36,651 nucleotides of DNA from Octopus bimaculoides. Its lineage: Eukaryota. Of the stretch, positions 10,782 through 24,185 are shown in pieces. Position 1 is the first letter of the stretch; each line of letters starts with the position of its first letter. The DNA lies in NCBI RefSeq assembly GCF_001194135.2, contig NC_068997.1, positions 13,961,711 to 13,998,361 on the forward strand. Reading direction: 5' to 3'. The notes under the pieces are model-generated. The model saw only the letters and a program-made list of their open reading frames with translations, did no database searches and was not told where the DNA came from. Made by a program: the position numbers and the translations under genes.

Positions 10782-10925
10782 ATAGGCATAGCTGTGTGGT
10801 TAGGAAGCTTGCTTCCAAGCCACATGGTTTTGGATTCAGTGCCACTGCCTGAGGCCTTGACCAAGTGTCTTTTGCTATAGCCTCAGGCCAACCGAACCCT
10901 TATGATTGAATTTGGTAGGTGGAAG
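10782..10925 (+). mobile_element. SINE family B head
   Basis: gctgtgtggttaggaagcttgcttcc...ggattcagtgccactg...aagtgtcttttgctatagcctcaggcc. Confidence 0.75.
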
Positions 10926-10985
10926 TCACCATTGTCTGTGTACATGTCTGTCTAAGTGCTTGTGCCTCCTAACAGAGAGGAGGGC

Positions 10986-11022
<37 letters not shown>

Positions 11023-11415
11023 GGAGAGAGGGAGAGGTTATGAGTGATAGTGGTGCAAATAAAATGTTGCTTCACAATTAAATTGGTAAGCATTCATATA
11101 CACAAGTCTTCACATTTTCAATTGGTGTTCTTTGAAAACCTTGATGAAGAGTGAAACATTGGTACTTTTGTTGACAATCACTGCTACAGTGAATATATCT
11201 ATAATGTTCTACCATATTATAAGGTAATATCAAGTTCTTAACTCTACTTAGTGGTTTCCCATGTTCTTATGTACAAACAGATGATAATATATCAATATCT
11301 ATCTATCTACCTATCCATTTATCTATGCCTCAATACTCACGCACACATACGTTTGTTTATATATACATTTATATATCCACATAAATCAACATCCCCCACA
11401 CACATATATATACAA

Positions 11416-11454
<39 letters not shown>

Positions 11455-11767
11455 ACTATGAAAAACATTAAAAAATAATAGGAAACAATTTACCATTTCA
11501 GACATTTTCCGAAAATATAATTTACCATTCTTTTATAGCTAATTTAACAATTGTCTTAAATATAGAACATAATATCTGCTGTATTGTGTTATATTTAGCA
11601 GTGTTGTGTTTTTGTTCGCTATTGTAGAGTTATTAGTATAGGTATATATGTGGAGATGTATCATTGTGAAATATTCCAATGGACTTGGAGACCATTTACT
11701 TGGCTTTTATTGATGGTAAATAAATGTAAGTGTGGTGTGTATGTTTGTAGAGCAAGAATATTTGTGA

Positions 11768-11818
<51 letters not shown>

Positions 11819-11920
11819 CACATATGCATACATACAGCTATATATACACATGTATATATAAATGTAAGCATATATGTATTAGCAAACATGTATGAATACC
11901 TATCTATAACTATCTATCTG

Positions 11921-11965
<45 letters not shown>

Positions 11966-11989
11966 GTATACACACATATATACTCTTAG

Positions 11990-12026
<37 letters not shown>

Positions 12027-12409
12027 GTATAAGTGTATACATATTATACTCTTAAAGTATATAAATATATATAATATGTATAAGTGTGTGTGTATGCGTA
12101 ATGCTTATAATTATAGTCATGCATATAAAAATATGTTCATAGATGGTTTTGTAGCAGAGTTGTTTCAGTATTGTATGGAATGTTTTGCTCTATTCATTAT
12201 AGTTCTTCATACTTATGCTAACAATGCCACCTTTGTTTTCCAGCCTTTTGGGATTCCTAGATGAGGTACCTGTCCAGAAAAGAATTCCCTTATAATTAAT
12301 ATTTCAAAATTCTTTGTATCTTAGCCCTATGATGGAATGTAGAAGGTGTTCACTAACTGCCACATGTGACTTCAGCCATCCAAGTACTTTTGAAGGATCT
12401 TTACTGTTC

Positions 12410-12925
12410 CTAACAGAATCTTTAGCATGCCGGACGAAATGCTTAGCGGTATTTCACCTGTCTTTACATTCTGAGTTCAAAATTCACCAAGGTCGACTTT
12501 GCCTTTCATCCTTACAAGGTCGATAAAATAGGCACTAGTAGAATACTGGGGTGGATGTAATAAACTATCCCCTCCCCCAAATTTCAGGTCTTGTGCCTAT
12601 AGTAGAAAGGATTATTATTATCATTATTATTATTATTGAGCAACGAGCTGACAGAATTGTTAGCATGCCTAGTGAAAATCTTAGTGGCCTTTCATCCCAC
12701 TTAATGTTCTGAGTTCAAATTCTGCTTAGTCTGTCTTTACAATCTTAATCCAAATTCTGCCGAGATTGACTTTGCCTTCCACTCTTTCAAGGTCGATGAA
12801 ATAAGCACCACTTAAGCACAGAGGCTGAATGTAATTGACTTGTTCCCTTTTCTCCGAACTTGCTAATCTTGTGGAAAAATTTGAAATTGTTAACATTATT
12901 ATTATTATTATTATTTATTATTATT
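12410..12925 (+). mobile_element. Two tandem SINE family A copies (12410-12638 and 12639-12925)
   Basis: Each has ttctgagttcaaa and gactttgcctt, and ends in (ATT)n. The second starts directly after the tail of the first. Confidence 0.85.
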
Positions 12926-13215
12926 GAGTGAGAGAGCAGCACATGCCATCAAATGACCCTGGGCCATAAATATATGATTCTCAATATACCCATCATGATT
13001 ACCTCTAATGGAGGCACGTGAAAAGCACCCAATAAACTTTTTAAACTGGTTGACATTAAGAAGAACTTTAGAAACTAAGCCAAAAACAGACTATGGAACC
13101 TGGCGTGGCTCCTGGCCTTGCCAGCCCCTGTGAAGTCCTCCAATCCATGCCATCATGGTAAGTAGACATCAAATGATGATGATGATAATGATGATGATGA
13201 TGGTTAAGACGATGT
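12926..13215 (+). mobile_element. Family E retroposon 3' part with (GAT)n tail
   Basis: ggcacgtgaaaagcaccc and ccaatccatgccatcatgg...(gat)n match the reverse complement of 15470-15655 and 31165-31400. Confidence 0.7.
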
Positions 13216-13536
13216 TGATTAAGATGATGATGACAACGACGACGACGATGATACCCTCATATGCTAACAGCTTTGTATAACGAGTCGAAGAAATTCTTTC
13301 ATGGCACTGTTCCCAGACATTTGTATATTTTTCTTTCTAACATTTCCTCCAGTCTGATCCTGTGTAAATTAACTTATCTCTAAACACTGAAGGCCCATCT
13401 CACGACCATAAGAATTCAATGGATAATACATACACTGTTGTAATATGTGAGTAATGTGTATGCTCTATAGAGTACAAGTCCACCTCATCAGATGTTTGAA
13501 GACAAATTCTGTCACTAAACATGTAAAAGGAGTAAT

Positions 13537-13832
13537 GACCCCTTTAGTTATGAATGCCCATGGGATTGAACCTAGAAAGTTCCCCTCCAAGACGCTAGTC
13601 CAAGTAAGGTTGTTTACAGAAGACCAACAATTACCCATGCATACCAGCCACACCACCAATTTTATCCAAGGGAAAAGCAAAAGCTGATACAGCTTGGCAC
13701 CAGTAACATTGGAATTTGTTTCTACAGCTGGTGCCATGTGAAATAAAGTGTCTTGCTGAAGAACACAACACACTGCCTGGTCTGGGAATTGAACTCACTA
13801 TCTCATGATTGTGAGCCCAATGCTTTAACCCT
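13537..13832 (-). mobile_element. tRNA-derived SINE, family D
   Basis: The reverse complement of 13740-13830 matches 20046-20137 (ggttagagc...ctcacaatcatgag..agtgagttcaattc...caagacactttatttcac). The 3' half is assigned from my recollection of the family, not an in-window match. Confidence 0.75.
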
Positions 13833-14021
13833 GCACTTTCACTGTAATTAAATGCATGTAACTCCAAACAAATATGTTGGGTACTTCCTTTCAATTGTTC
13901 ATTCAGTTATATGCGTGTATACACACACTTCTATATATACACACACACACACGCTCATACATTTGTATAAATATGTGCATATACATACATAATGCACACA
14001 TCTATAAGCACAGGAGAAAAT

Positions 14022-14054
<33 letters not shown>

Positions 14055-15469
14055 ATATGTGTGTATGTATGCATGTATGGAGAGATAGATAGATAAATAG
14101 ATAGACACACATACATACAGCTGGATATACACAAGTATATGTAAATGTATATATGTGTGTGTGAGTGTGTATTTGTCCTTTTTTACATATATATTTCACC
14201 TTAGATTGAAATATAAGAAATATTTCAAAAGCAATACATATACACACACACACATATACATACATTTATATATCTATGTGTATATATGTTGTATGATATT
14301 TATCATTATCTATATACATTGATATCTCTAGTGATAATGACATAACATAAGTGTAAGTTTATGTGCTGTTACGGTTGTATGTATATGTGCATGTGTGTAT
14401 GTATATGTGCATGTGTGTATGTATATATTTACACACACATACATACACACACACATTTAAATATCTATGGAAACAGACAGACACTCGCATACACATATAG
14501 AGGTGTATACCAATACTCAAACATACATCTATATTAAACAATATTTGGTTGTAGCTTATTGTTTAATACCTAGCTGTGCTATATAAATTATTTTGGAATA
14601 ACATGGTAGGACGTGTTATTATGGCTGAAAATTATTGAAGAACAAACAATGCTACAATTGTCATATCTATTAATATTGTTGTTCTTCTTCTCTCAATACT
14701 TCTTAGCTCATTTCTGTAAAATACTTCCCCTGCTGTTGTTGTTATTATTATTATTATTATTGTTATTGTTATTGTTGTTTCTGTTATTATTCCTATCATC
14801 ATTGATCATGATATAGTTGTTTTTCTTGTTGATGTTGTTGTTTTAAACTCTGCTGGTTTTTTTTTTTTTGGTTTTTTTTTTTAAATCTCACATTTCTCTT
14901 TGTTAATTTTTATTACTATATTGTCGTTATCTTGTTCGTTTAGATTATGTGTTTATTTTTTATTTTTAATAATTCATATCTCTTCAGGAGATATATTTGT
15001 TGTAGATGTTGTCATAGTTATTACAATAGTTGTATATTTATTTCTCATGGTAGAAGTACTAAGCAATAGTCTTGTATGAGAGGGGAGGAGGTTTTTTTAG
15101 AAGTAAATATAGCAATATATAGCAAATGTAATTGAAGGTCTCTGTTATTTATTTATTTCCTGTTCTCACTCTTTGGATCATGTCATGCTGGGACAACACC
15201 TTCTTGAGATTTAGTAGATGATATCAACTTCAGTTCTTGATTTTATCCATCTATGTTTTATTGATAGATTAACACACCCTGGCTGAAATCACTTTCTAAC
15301 CAAGAGTGTTATGTGAACACATAAAAAAAAAAAAAACAGCATTACAAGCAATCATCACTTTGGCATTGACATCCTGATACAGACACAGGTTAAATGAAAC
15401 TTTTCAAGGCTTTATTTCACAGTAGGACGTGTATGTCAACCGTTTTAGTTATCTCTTATATCACACAAG

Positions 15470-15658
15470 GATCATCAACATCATCATCATCATCATCATC
15501 ATCTAACACCTGTTTTCCATGCTGGCATGGGTTGGATGGTTTGATCAGAGCTGCTAAGCAGGAGAACTGTACTAGGAATTTCTATGGCTGGATGCCCTTC
15601 CTAACACCAACAACTTTACAGAGCATGCTGGGTGCTTTTCATGTGCCACCAGCATGGG
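15470..15658 (-). mobile_element. Family E retroposon 3' part
   Basis: (CAT)n, then ttttccatgctggcatgggttggatgg...ggctggatgcccttcctaac...gggtgcttttcatgtgccacc. Confidence 0.8.
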
Positions 15659-16549
15659 ATATATATGTATATATATATNNNNNNNNNNNNNNNNNNNNNN
15701 NNNNNNNNNNNNNNNNNNNNNNNNNNNNNNNNNNNNNNNNNNNNNNNNNNNNNNNNNNNNNNNNNNNNNNNNNNNNNNNNNNNNNNNNNNNNNNNNNNNN
15801 NNNNNNNNNNNNNNNNNNNNNNNNNNNNNNNNNNNNNNNNNNNNNNNNNNNNNNNNNNNNNNNNNNNNNNNNNNNNNNNNNNNNNNNNNNNNNNNNNNNN
15901 NNNNNNNNNNNNNNNNNNNNNNNNNNNNNNNNNNNNNNNNNNNNNNNNNNNNNNNNNNNNNNNNNNNNNNNNNNNNNNNNNNNNNNNNNNNNNNNNNNNN
16001 NNNNNNNNNNNNNNNNNNNNNNNNNNNNNNNNNNNNNNNNNNNNNNNNNNNNNNNNNNNNNNNNNNNNNNNNNNNNNNNNNNNNNNNNNNNNNNNNNNNN
16101 NNNNNNNNNNNNNNNNNNNNNNNNNNNNNNNNNNNNNNNNNNNNNNNNNNNNNNNNNNNNNNNNNNNNNNNNNNNNNNNNNNNNNNNNNNNNNNNNNNNN
16201 NNNNNNNNNNNNNNNNNNNNNNNNNNNNNNNNNNNNNNNNNNNNNNNNNNNNNNNNNNNNNNNNNNNNNNNNNNNNNNNNNNNNNNNNNNNNNNNNNNNN
16301 NNNNNNNNNNNNNNNNNNNNNNNNNNNNNNNNNNNNNNNNNNNNNNNNNNNNNNNNNNNNNNNNNNNNNNNNNNNNNNNNNNNNNNNNNNNNNNNNNNNN
16401 NNNNNNNNNNNNNNNNNNNNNNNNNNNNNNNNNNNNNNNNNNNNNNNNNNNNNNNNNNNNNNNNNNNNNNNNNNNNNNNNNNNNNNNNNNNNNNNNNNNN
16501 NNNNNNNNNNNNNNNAAATCTATCCTTAAGGACTTCTATCAATTCAGTG

Positions 16550-17010
16550 TGTAAAATAACAACAGCACAATCAAAAGCAACAACAACTGCATAACATCAA
16601 CAGTAACAACTACAATAGCAACAACAATAACAACAACAACAACAACAACACTGAAAATAACAAAACAAGAACAACAGTGCCAATAGTATCACCTGTGATA
16701 ACAATAACAGACAGGACAGAAACAACAGCACAAACAAAACAACAATTATAAAGTGTGGAAATAAATACTAAAAAATAATATGGAAACAACAAGAAGAAGA
16801 AGAAACAACAGCAACAACGTCAAGAATAAGTGTAATGGTAAGAACAATATAATGGAGAATATCAACTACCACAATAGCAATGAGAACAACAAGATGAGAC
16901 AGCTGACAACACAACAACAATGGTAAGAACTATGATGATAAAACCAACAACAACAATAATAACAATAATAGTAATGATAATAATAATAATAATGATAATA
17001 ACCTCAATAA
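16550..17010. repeat. (CAA)/(AAT)-rich low-complexity tract
   Basis: Direct reading. Confidence 0.85.
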
Positions 17011-17689
17011 TAAAATGAGAATAAGAACAAAACAATTATAAAAGCTACTATCCTTTTGATTCTTTCGACCAGGTTTTTAAATTTATTTTTGTGTTTTTTT
17101 TTGTCTTTCAAAACAATCGTCAATGATAACGGATTGCCCAAACGAAGCGTTGATGACTCGAGGCGGTGTAAATGAGAATAAAATAGAGGGGAAGGTGGGA
17201 AAGAAGAGGAAGAGAAAAAAACCAAAGAAAGCCAGCAAAAGAATTAAAAACATATGAATAAAAAAAAACAAACAAATCTCAATCAAACCAGAAAACAATA
17301 TCGACAACAACAACAACAAAACTTACAAAACAAACAAAAGGAAAGTAAAAACAACAAGAAACAAAAGGTCCTTCTCCATCCCTTCTCTTCTGCCTCGACA
17401 CATCAAAAAATATCGTTCATGATATTTGTATCTTCATTAGTTTTATCGTTAATTACAAATTCGCTAATTGTTCAGAATCGTTACCGGCAATAATAGCAGA
17501 AAGCTATTATTCTTAATTGGTTGCGTTCATAATTGTTACCGATATTAGATTCCCTTTCATCACGCCATAACCCCCACCCACGCCAACCTGTACCCCTCTC
17601 ACTTCGCCCCACCATGACCGACACTTCTCCACCTCCTCCTCCTCCTCCTCTATTGCCCATCTCCAACAGTCAAACTTCTCTAACTCTTT

Positions 17690-18480
17690 ACTTCTATCTA
17701 GGTTCACATATCACCACACTATCTCATACACTCTATCTTTACTCTCTGGCTCATCTCTCTATGAACTCCATATAGCTCATCATTCTATCTATATTCTCTA
17801 TCACATCTCTCTATCAACCATCTAATTTGTCTTTCTATCTACACTCTATCTTATCATATCTCTATCCAGCTCTTCCCTCTGTCAACATAAACCATCTCTC
17901 TATTTCCTATGTCTATATACACACAACCTCATCTCTCCATTTATACACTACCTTCTCACTATCTATCAACATTCATAAACCATTACATCTCTCCATCTAC
18001 ATACACTATCTCTTTCCTCTGTTTAACACTATCTCTTTCTCCTCTCCATCTGTCCACAATTGCATCTCTGCTTACACTGTGTTTGTCTACCAAATGTATC
18101 TACCTCTACATCTAAATCCTGATTTTCTCTCTATGTTCATACTCTGTCTATCCTATCATTTTACCCACATTCTATCCATCATACCTTTCCATCTATCTAC
18201 ATACCTATTGTATCTCACCTCTCCATATTCCTCTTATATCTCTCTTTCCAACCATCTCTACATACACTATTTCATCTCTATTTACACATGCTGTCTATCT
18301 CATCTCAAGCTATACACTATCTCATCTCTCTGTCTACACACTTGACACATCCCACGTCTATCTACATACTATTTCAATCCAATTGTTCTATCTACAAACT
18401 GCATCTAACTCCCTATCTCATATGTTTATTTACACCTTCTTTCTATTAGATACTCACTATACTGTCTTTCTAGTCCACAC
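17690..18480. repeat. Degenerate (CTAT/CTCT/CACT)-rich tract, almost G-free on the + strand
   Basis: Recurrent tctatct, acacta and catctct words. Confidence 0.75.
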
Positions 18481-18629
18481 ATCGATTCTTTCCAATTTCA
18501 TTCGTTACATACACACATTTAGCAATAACCCTACCGTAATTTTATAATATGATGAGGAATTTTATAAAGAATTTGTTAAAATGTTTTGTCCATTGTAAAG
18601 GTATAACCAATTTTTTGCACATAAACTTT

Positions 18630-18688
18630 AACAGCAAGATCTTATGTGGGCCCTTAAGGGTCATGTGGACCCTAGTTGAGAACCATTG
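18630..18688. mobile_element. Possible hAT-type MITE right end
   Basis: ggaccctagttgagaaccattg; its reverse complement resembles the CAGTGGTTCTCAAC hAT terminus. No left end found. Confidence 0.4.
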
Positions 18689-19286
18689 CTTTAGAGAGAT
18701 ATTATATAAACCCCAATACTTTACTGGTACCTTATTGCATTATTGACATTAAAAAAACGAAAGAAAAGTTAACTTCATTGAGATTTCAACTAAGAAATAC
18801 ATTCTGTGCTTGTGAGGTGGTGGAGGTGGTGGTGGTGGCTGTTTTGAAATTGGTTTCTAACATTGACATGAATCTATGCATTTCAGGGTAGCTAGTGTTG
18901 ATAAACACCCTGATTGAAGTTTCAATACTTGACAGGTACACTGTTTTATTAACACAAAAGAATGAAAAGCAAAGTTGAATTTGGTGAGATTAGAACTCAC
19001 AATGTAAAGAGTTGCAACTAAATAACACGTCGATTCTGTTGGATGTTAATAACTGTGCCAAGCCACCTCCTTTGGTGCTTTTTTTTTTTACTGCTGTTGT
19101 TTCTTTACTTACATTTATTTCTAATATTGGCACTAGATGGCATATTTGGAGAGTGGCCATATTTATTATTGACCTCAGAGTACAAAGTACTTGTCGGGTG
19201 CTTATTTTATCAACTGATGGATCAGTCATTGATTTCAGCAATGAATATTTAGTTGTTTGATTAACTGAATAGTCATCTCATTATTG

Positions 19287-19455
19287 TTAACCCTTTAGCA
19301 TTCAGTTTGCTCTGACAAATGTAATGCTTATTTATTCCTGATGTCTTGAATTAATCATGCATTATCTTGTAGCTTTGAGATCTCAGTGATGAGAAGCAAA
19401 ATCTGGCTACTTTTAACAGGTAGAATATCTGGGCTGGATATCGCTGGAGGGTTAT
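19287..19455. mobile_element. piggyBac-type MITE family P2, internally deleted
   Basis: TTAAccctttagcattcag left end; the body matches 31867-32092. Confidence 0.7.
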
Positions 19456-20031
19456 CATTATAATTGGTTGAATATTCTATAGATGCAAAGGTATATGGCT
19501 TAGAAGACAGGAATGTTTGGCTCAAGACCATAAAGTCAGTTTCAGTTCATATGTAGCACACTATATCCTTTAGTAAGGCCTGTCTTTTCATGTTGTTCCT
19601 ATCTGCAAGACTATAATGAGTAATATTTGGAAACTGGAGCAGCCCTCTCTCCTTCTTATTGCCATATCTTATATGTGCCAGTAGATCAAAGACTGAGAGG
19701 ACATCTTTGTCATCTTATAACAACACAGGGACCTAAAACAATTAGTAAAAGCATGGTAAAAGTGAGTACACCATGATAAAAGTGAGTACACTCACAAATG
19801 ATGGCTGGCTATAGACATAAATACCTTTAATGTAATTTCTAAGTTGAATCTAAATGACATATTAGAAGGGTGGGCTTTTGAATTACTGATATGATCTAGC
19901 CAACAAGCTTCCACACAGTTTCCATCAATCCTATCCTACACTCAGGGGTTGGAGAAATTCTAGTCTATGGTAAAGTCACTTAGCCATGATTCCACACAGT
20001 GGCATTAAACATTGAACATTAAGCATGTGAA

Positions 20032-20155
20032 ACACATAGCTCAGTGGTTAGAGCATCATCTCACAATCATGAGGTAGTGAGTTCAATTCATGGACCAGGC
20101 TGTGTATTGTCTTCTTGAGTAAGACACTTTATTTCACGTTACTCCAGTTCCCTCA
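20032..20155 (+). mobile_element. SINE family D head
   Basis: A-box tagctcagtggttagagc, B-box gagttcaattc, then ttgagtaagacactttatttcacgtt. Confidence 0.8.
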
Positions 20156-20344
20156 GTCTCATCCAGAAACCTCAAGAGACAACAAGTTAGAAGTTCATGA
20201 TGGTGTTATGCCTAGGGTGCCATATATTTGGTTTTGTACATAGTGTTGTTCTACAGAATGTTTAAGAAACCATAAGAAGATAATGCGTTTGTTTTAAAAT
20301 TTGTGATTACATAGAAAGTATTTTGTGTAGGATATGGAGAATTC

Positions 20345-20532
20345 CAGCAATGAATTGTCAGAATCATGTAGTGGTATTTCATCTGTCACTACATTCTGAG
20401 TTCAAATTCCACTGAGGTCGACTTTGCCTTGCATCCTTTCATGGTTGATAAACTAAGTACCAGTTATGTACTGAGTTTGATCTAATTGACTGCACCCCTA
20501 CCAAAACACCTTTCAGGCCTTGTACTTATAGT
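20345..20532 (+). mobile_element. SINE family A
   Basis: acattctgagttcaaattccactgaggtcgactttgcc...ttcaggccttgt. Confidence 0.8.
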
Positions 20533-20756
20533 ACACACAATTGTTGTCATTTAGCTTCAGGTCAGCTTTGATTAAGCAGACCTACAACCAAAAGTGTTCA
20601 GACCTGGATTATCCTATCCTTATTATATAACTGGTATCTTTAAGACTACTATATCCAATGTGTTTTTAAAAGACTCTAGAGTGCCATTCAAGGATGGTTT
20701 AGCAGCTATCTCTAGCAAATCTAGCAACCACATACAGACTCCCTAATTGGCTCATT

Positions 20757-20950
20757 ATGATGATATTGGTGATGATGGTAGTGATGGTGGTGTCGGTGGT
20801 AATGACGATGATGATGTTGGTGTTGTGGAGCATTGTTGATCATAATAGTGCCAGTGGTGGTGGTGGTGATCAGGGAAGATATGATAGTGATGGTAGTGAA
20901 AGAGATGGTGATTTTCGAAGAGAAGGCATTGATGGTGGTGCTGGTAGTGG
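20757..20950. repeat. (GAT/GGT)n low-complexity tract
   Basis: Direct reading; explains the overlapping ORFs on both strands. Confidence 0.8.
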
Positions 20951-22254
20951 AACCAGTAACAGGGGTTGTGGCAAACCGTGTCATTTCACGCCAAGAGAAC
21001 ATATTTCCGATGTTATCAGGAAAACGTAACAAGCCAAAGGCAAAACTAAAGTCTAAATATCAATCATAAAATGAAATTAAATAGACAGAAACCAAAAAAA
21101 AACAAAGAAGAAAAAATTAACTTTAAAAAAAGGGCAAATTTTTAAACATATTTTAAAGAATACTTTCCTGCTTCTATACCCCCACCACCACCACCACCAT
21201 CGTCACCACGGCTACTACTACTACCTACACCACCACTACCACTAATTTCATTTGTATGTTTTATTAATAGCTTCTTATTTTTACTGTTTCAGTATTTTTG
21301 CTGCATTTTATGAAATTGTTTTTTTTTTCATTATTTTCATTTTTATTCTAATTATTAATTTTGTTATTAATTTTATTATTTTATTATTAATAGCTTTTTT
21401 TATATTGTTTTAATGTTTTGCTTTTGTATTCGTCTAGAAAAAATTTTTTTTTTTTATCATTTGAAAAATTTTAAAAACATTTTTTTGTTTCGTATTTTGG
21501 TTTTTTCACTGTTTTTACTTATTTGAGATTTATAAAAGATTAGTTTGGTAAAATCTGTCTTGGGAGTTTAATTAGAATATATCGCTATCTCCATCAAAAC
21601 ATACATGTGTACGTGTGTGCATGCATTTGGGTATTTGTGTGTCTGTATGTGCCTGCATGTGTACATGGGTCTATATATATGTGCATATGTGTACATGGGT
21701 GTATGTGTGCATATGTGCATGTATGTGTGTGTTTGTTTGTGTATGCATGCGTGATGTCTTAATAAGTGTCTCACTTATCATTAGCCAATCAATCAATTGT
21801 TTATTTATCAACTGTTATATCCACCACACAGATGTCAATGTGGTTGTTGTTGTTTGTTTTTTTTTAATGCTTAAGCTGACGATATTGATGACGCCGACAT
21901 TGATGATGATGACGATGGCTTTATTATTGCTAATATTGTTATCATTATTCCTCGGCTGTTGTTGTTTCGGTGGTGCCAGTCATGTTGCCTATCTTAACAT
22001 GGTTTCCATGTTGTTATTTATAATGGTGTGACTCTTGCTGGTGCAGTGATTGTTTCAGGTTTTTATCAGTGTTGCTATTGACATCACTGCTGTTTGTCAC
22101 AAATCGTTATTTTAGTTGCTTCTTGTATGATATGCATGCATGAATGAATGTGTATGAGGTGGCAGGTAAGGTTGGATTGGTTTGGATTAGATACATTTGA
22201 TTTTGCCAAGCAGTTGTTTCAGTGACATAGCATGGGTTTTGTTTACCAGCTTCC

Positions 22255-22484
22255 TTAACCCTTTCGCTACCATATTTATTTTGAGATGCTTTGTGTTTCT
22301 TTCAATTAATTTTAAATATAACAAAGAATTTAGTAAAATAACTTAGTTATCATTAAGCTAGTGTTAGGAACATAAATTGTGACTAAGGTTTGGTGGTAGA
22401 TTTTAATTCAAAACTTATGAAAACAAGACATTTGTACTACAGAGCCAGAGATGGTTTCAGCTGGGTTGGTATCGAAAGGGTTAA
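22255..22484. mobile_element. Complete 230-bp piggyBac-type MITE, family P1
   Basis: TTAA-ccctttcgctacc ... ggtatcgaaaggg-TTAA: terminal inverted repeats bounded by TTAA, no ORF. Confidence 0.9.
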
Positions 22485-22724
22485 ATATAACGTACTTTCA
22501 GCAACTGTATACAAATTGGCCACACTGTATGAGATCTCAAAATCCATATTATGCCATTGTGTTGCTTTGATTTATTGCTGCATTTTATTGTATTTACTTT
22601 AGTTTTGTTACAGTTTTTGCTTTTGCTTATGTTTGATTTTTTGTTTGTTCTTATTACTGATATAGAGAAGAAGTAACCTGTAACATATATATATATATAT
22701 ATATTATTATTATTATTATTATGG

Positions 22725-22860
22725 GGTGGTTGGAGCCAGGAAGGGCATCCAGCCATAAAAACCATGCTTAAACAGACAGTGAATCCTGGTGCAGTCTTCT
22801 GCCTAGCCAGCTCCTGTCAAATCATCCAACACATGCTAGCATGGAAAACAGATGTTAGTT
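22725..22860 (+). mobile_element. Family E retroposon 3' part
   Basis: ggaagggcatccagcc...catgctagcatggaaaa. Confidence 0.75.
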
Positions 22861-22917
22861 AATGTGGATTATTATTGTTGTTGTTATTATTATTATTGTT
22901 ATTATTAGTGTTATTAA

Positions 22918-23150
22918 GGTGGTGAGATGGCACATTACTAACATTTCTTTCAACTCTTTATGTTCTGAGTTCTAATTCTACCAAGATCTACTTTGCCTTT
23001 TATCCTTTTGGGGTTGATAGAATAAGAACCAGTCAAGTATTGTAATCAATGCAATTGACTACCAAATTGATAGCCCCAGGTCAAAGATTGCTCTCCGCGA
23101 AATTACTGGCCTTGTGTCAAAAGTTGAGAGAGTTACTATAATTATTACTA
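22918..23150 (+). mobile_element. SINE family A, degenerate, preceded by (ATT)n
   Basis: atgttctgagttctaattctacc...ctttgccttttatcc...aattactggccttgtg. Confidence 0.65.
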
Positions 23151-23211
23151 TTTAAAATTTTTCATATTTTTATTTTTGTCATTTAGATTTTTCTATATTG
23201 TTTTCTTGTGA

Positions 23212-23532
23212 AGGCACATGACTTATTGGTTAGGGTGTCTGATTTACGATCATAAAGTCATGAGTTCGATTCTCCATGGTGCATTGTTCCCTTGAGCAAG
23301 ACACTTTATTTCACGTTACTCCAGTCCACTCAGCTGGCAAAACTGACCAATACTTGTATTTCAAAAGGCCAACCTGGTCACAATCTGTGTTTCATTGAAT
23401 CTCCCTGAGAACTATGGTAAGGGTACACAGGTCTGTGGAGCGCTCAGTTACTTGCTCGTTAATTTCACAATCAGGTTGTTCCATTGATTGTATCAACTAG
23501 AACGCTCATCAACATAACTGACAGAGTTCCAG
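23212..23532 (+). mobile_element. SINE with family D-like head and a different tail
   Basis: gagttcgattc B-box and cttgagcaagacactttatttcacgttactccagt shared with 20090-20150. Part of the tail (gtctgtgga..ctcag) recurs near 32095-32120. Confidence 0.7.
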
Positions 23533-24139
23533 ACATCGTCTTTTTGTTGGCGTAGTTGTTTTTTGCTGCTGTTGTTGTTGTTGTTGTCATGTTTGGTTTT
23601 CATTGCAGCAAGATATAAAGATGCCAAATCTCTAAAAAATTATTCTGGCAGGAATAGGGTAGATCTGCATGGTGAAGAGATACAGATTTAAATTATGCCC
23701 ATAACTCTTTACAGGCAATTCTATCTATTCTGTGTGTCATTGTTGTTGTCATCATTTAATATTGTTCTTGTTATTGTTTCGTTCCTGTTATTTCTGTAAT
23801 TTTTAACAATTTCATTTATTCACTTTGTTGTTTTGAATATTTATGTTCGATGTGCTTGTTCGTCTTTATTTAAAAGCAAAAATTATCATTATTATTATTA
23901 CTATTATTATTATTATTATTATCATATTCTTTTCTGTTTTTTCTTCAAGTTCATCATATTTTAAAAACTATGATTTCTATAATTTTCAATTTTCTTTTTT
24001 ATTATTTTTACATTGTTATTATTATTATTATTATCATTTACATATTTACATATTATCTTTGTGTCTTTTCCCCAACTTCATAATATTAAAAAAAAAATCT
24101 TCTTTCTTCCTTCTTATTATCATTATTTTTATTTACTGA

Positions 24140-24185
<46 letters not shown>

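Noticed and set aside
11138-11180. ttgatgaagagtgaaac hammerhead-like core
   Set aside because: Core is mutated (TTGATGA), and helices I and II cannot be formed.
15394-16594. Long ORFs of 290-386 aa (also 8296-8704, 29713-30270, 33217-33956)
   Set aside because: They are open only because they run through N gaps.
20032-20100. tRNA-like A and B boxes
   Set aside because: No complete cloverleaf; continues into a SINE body shared with 13740-13830 and 23260-23330, so it is a SINE head rather than a tRNA gene.
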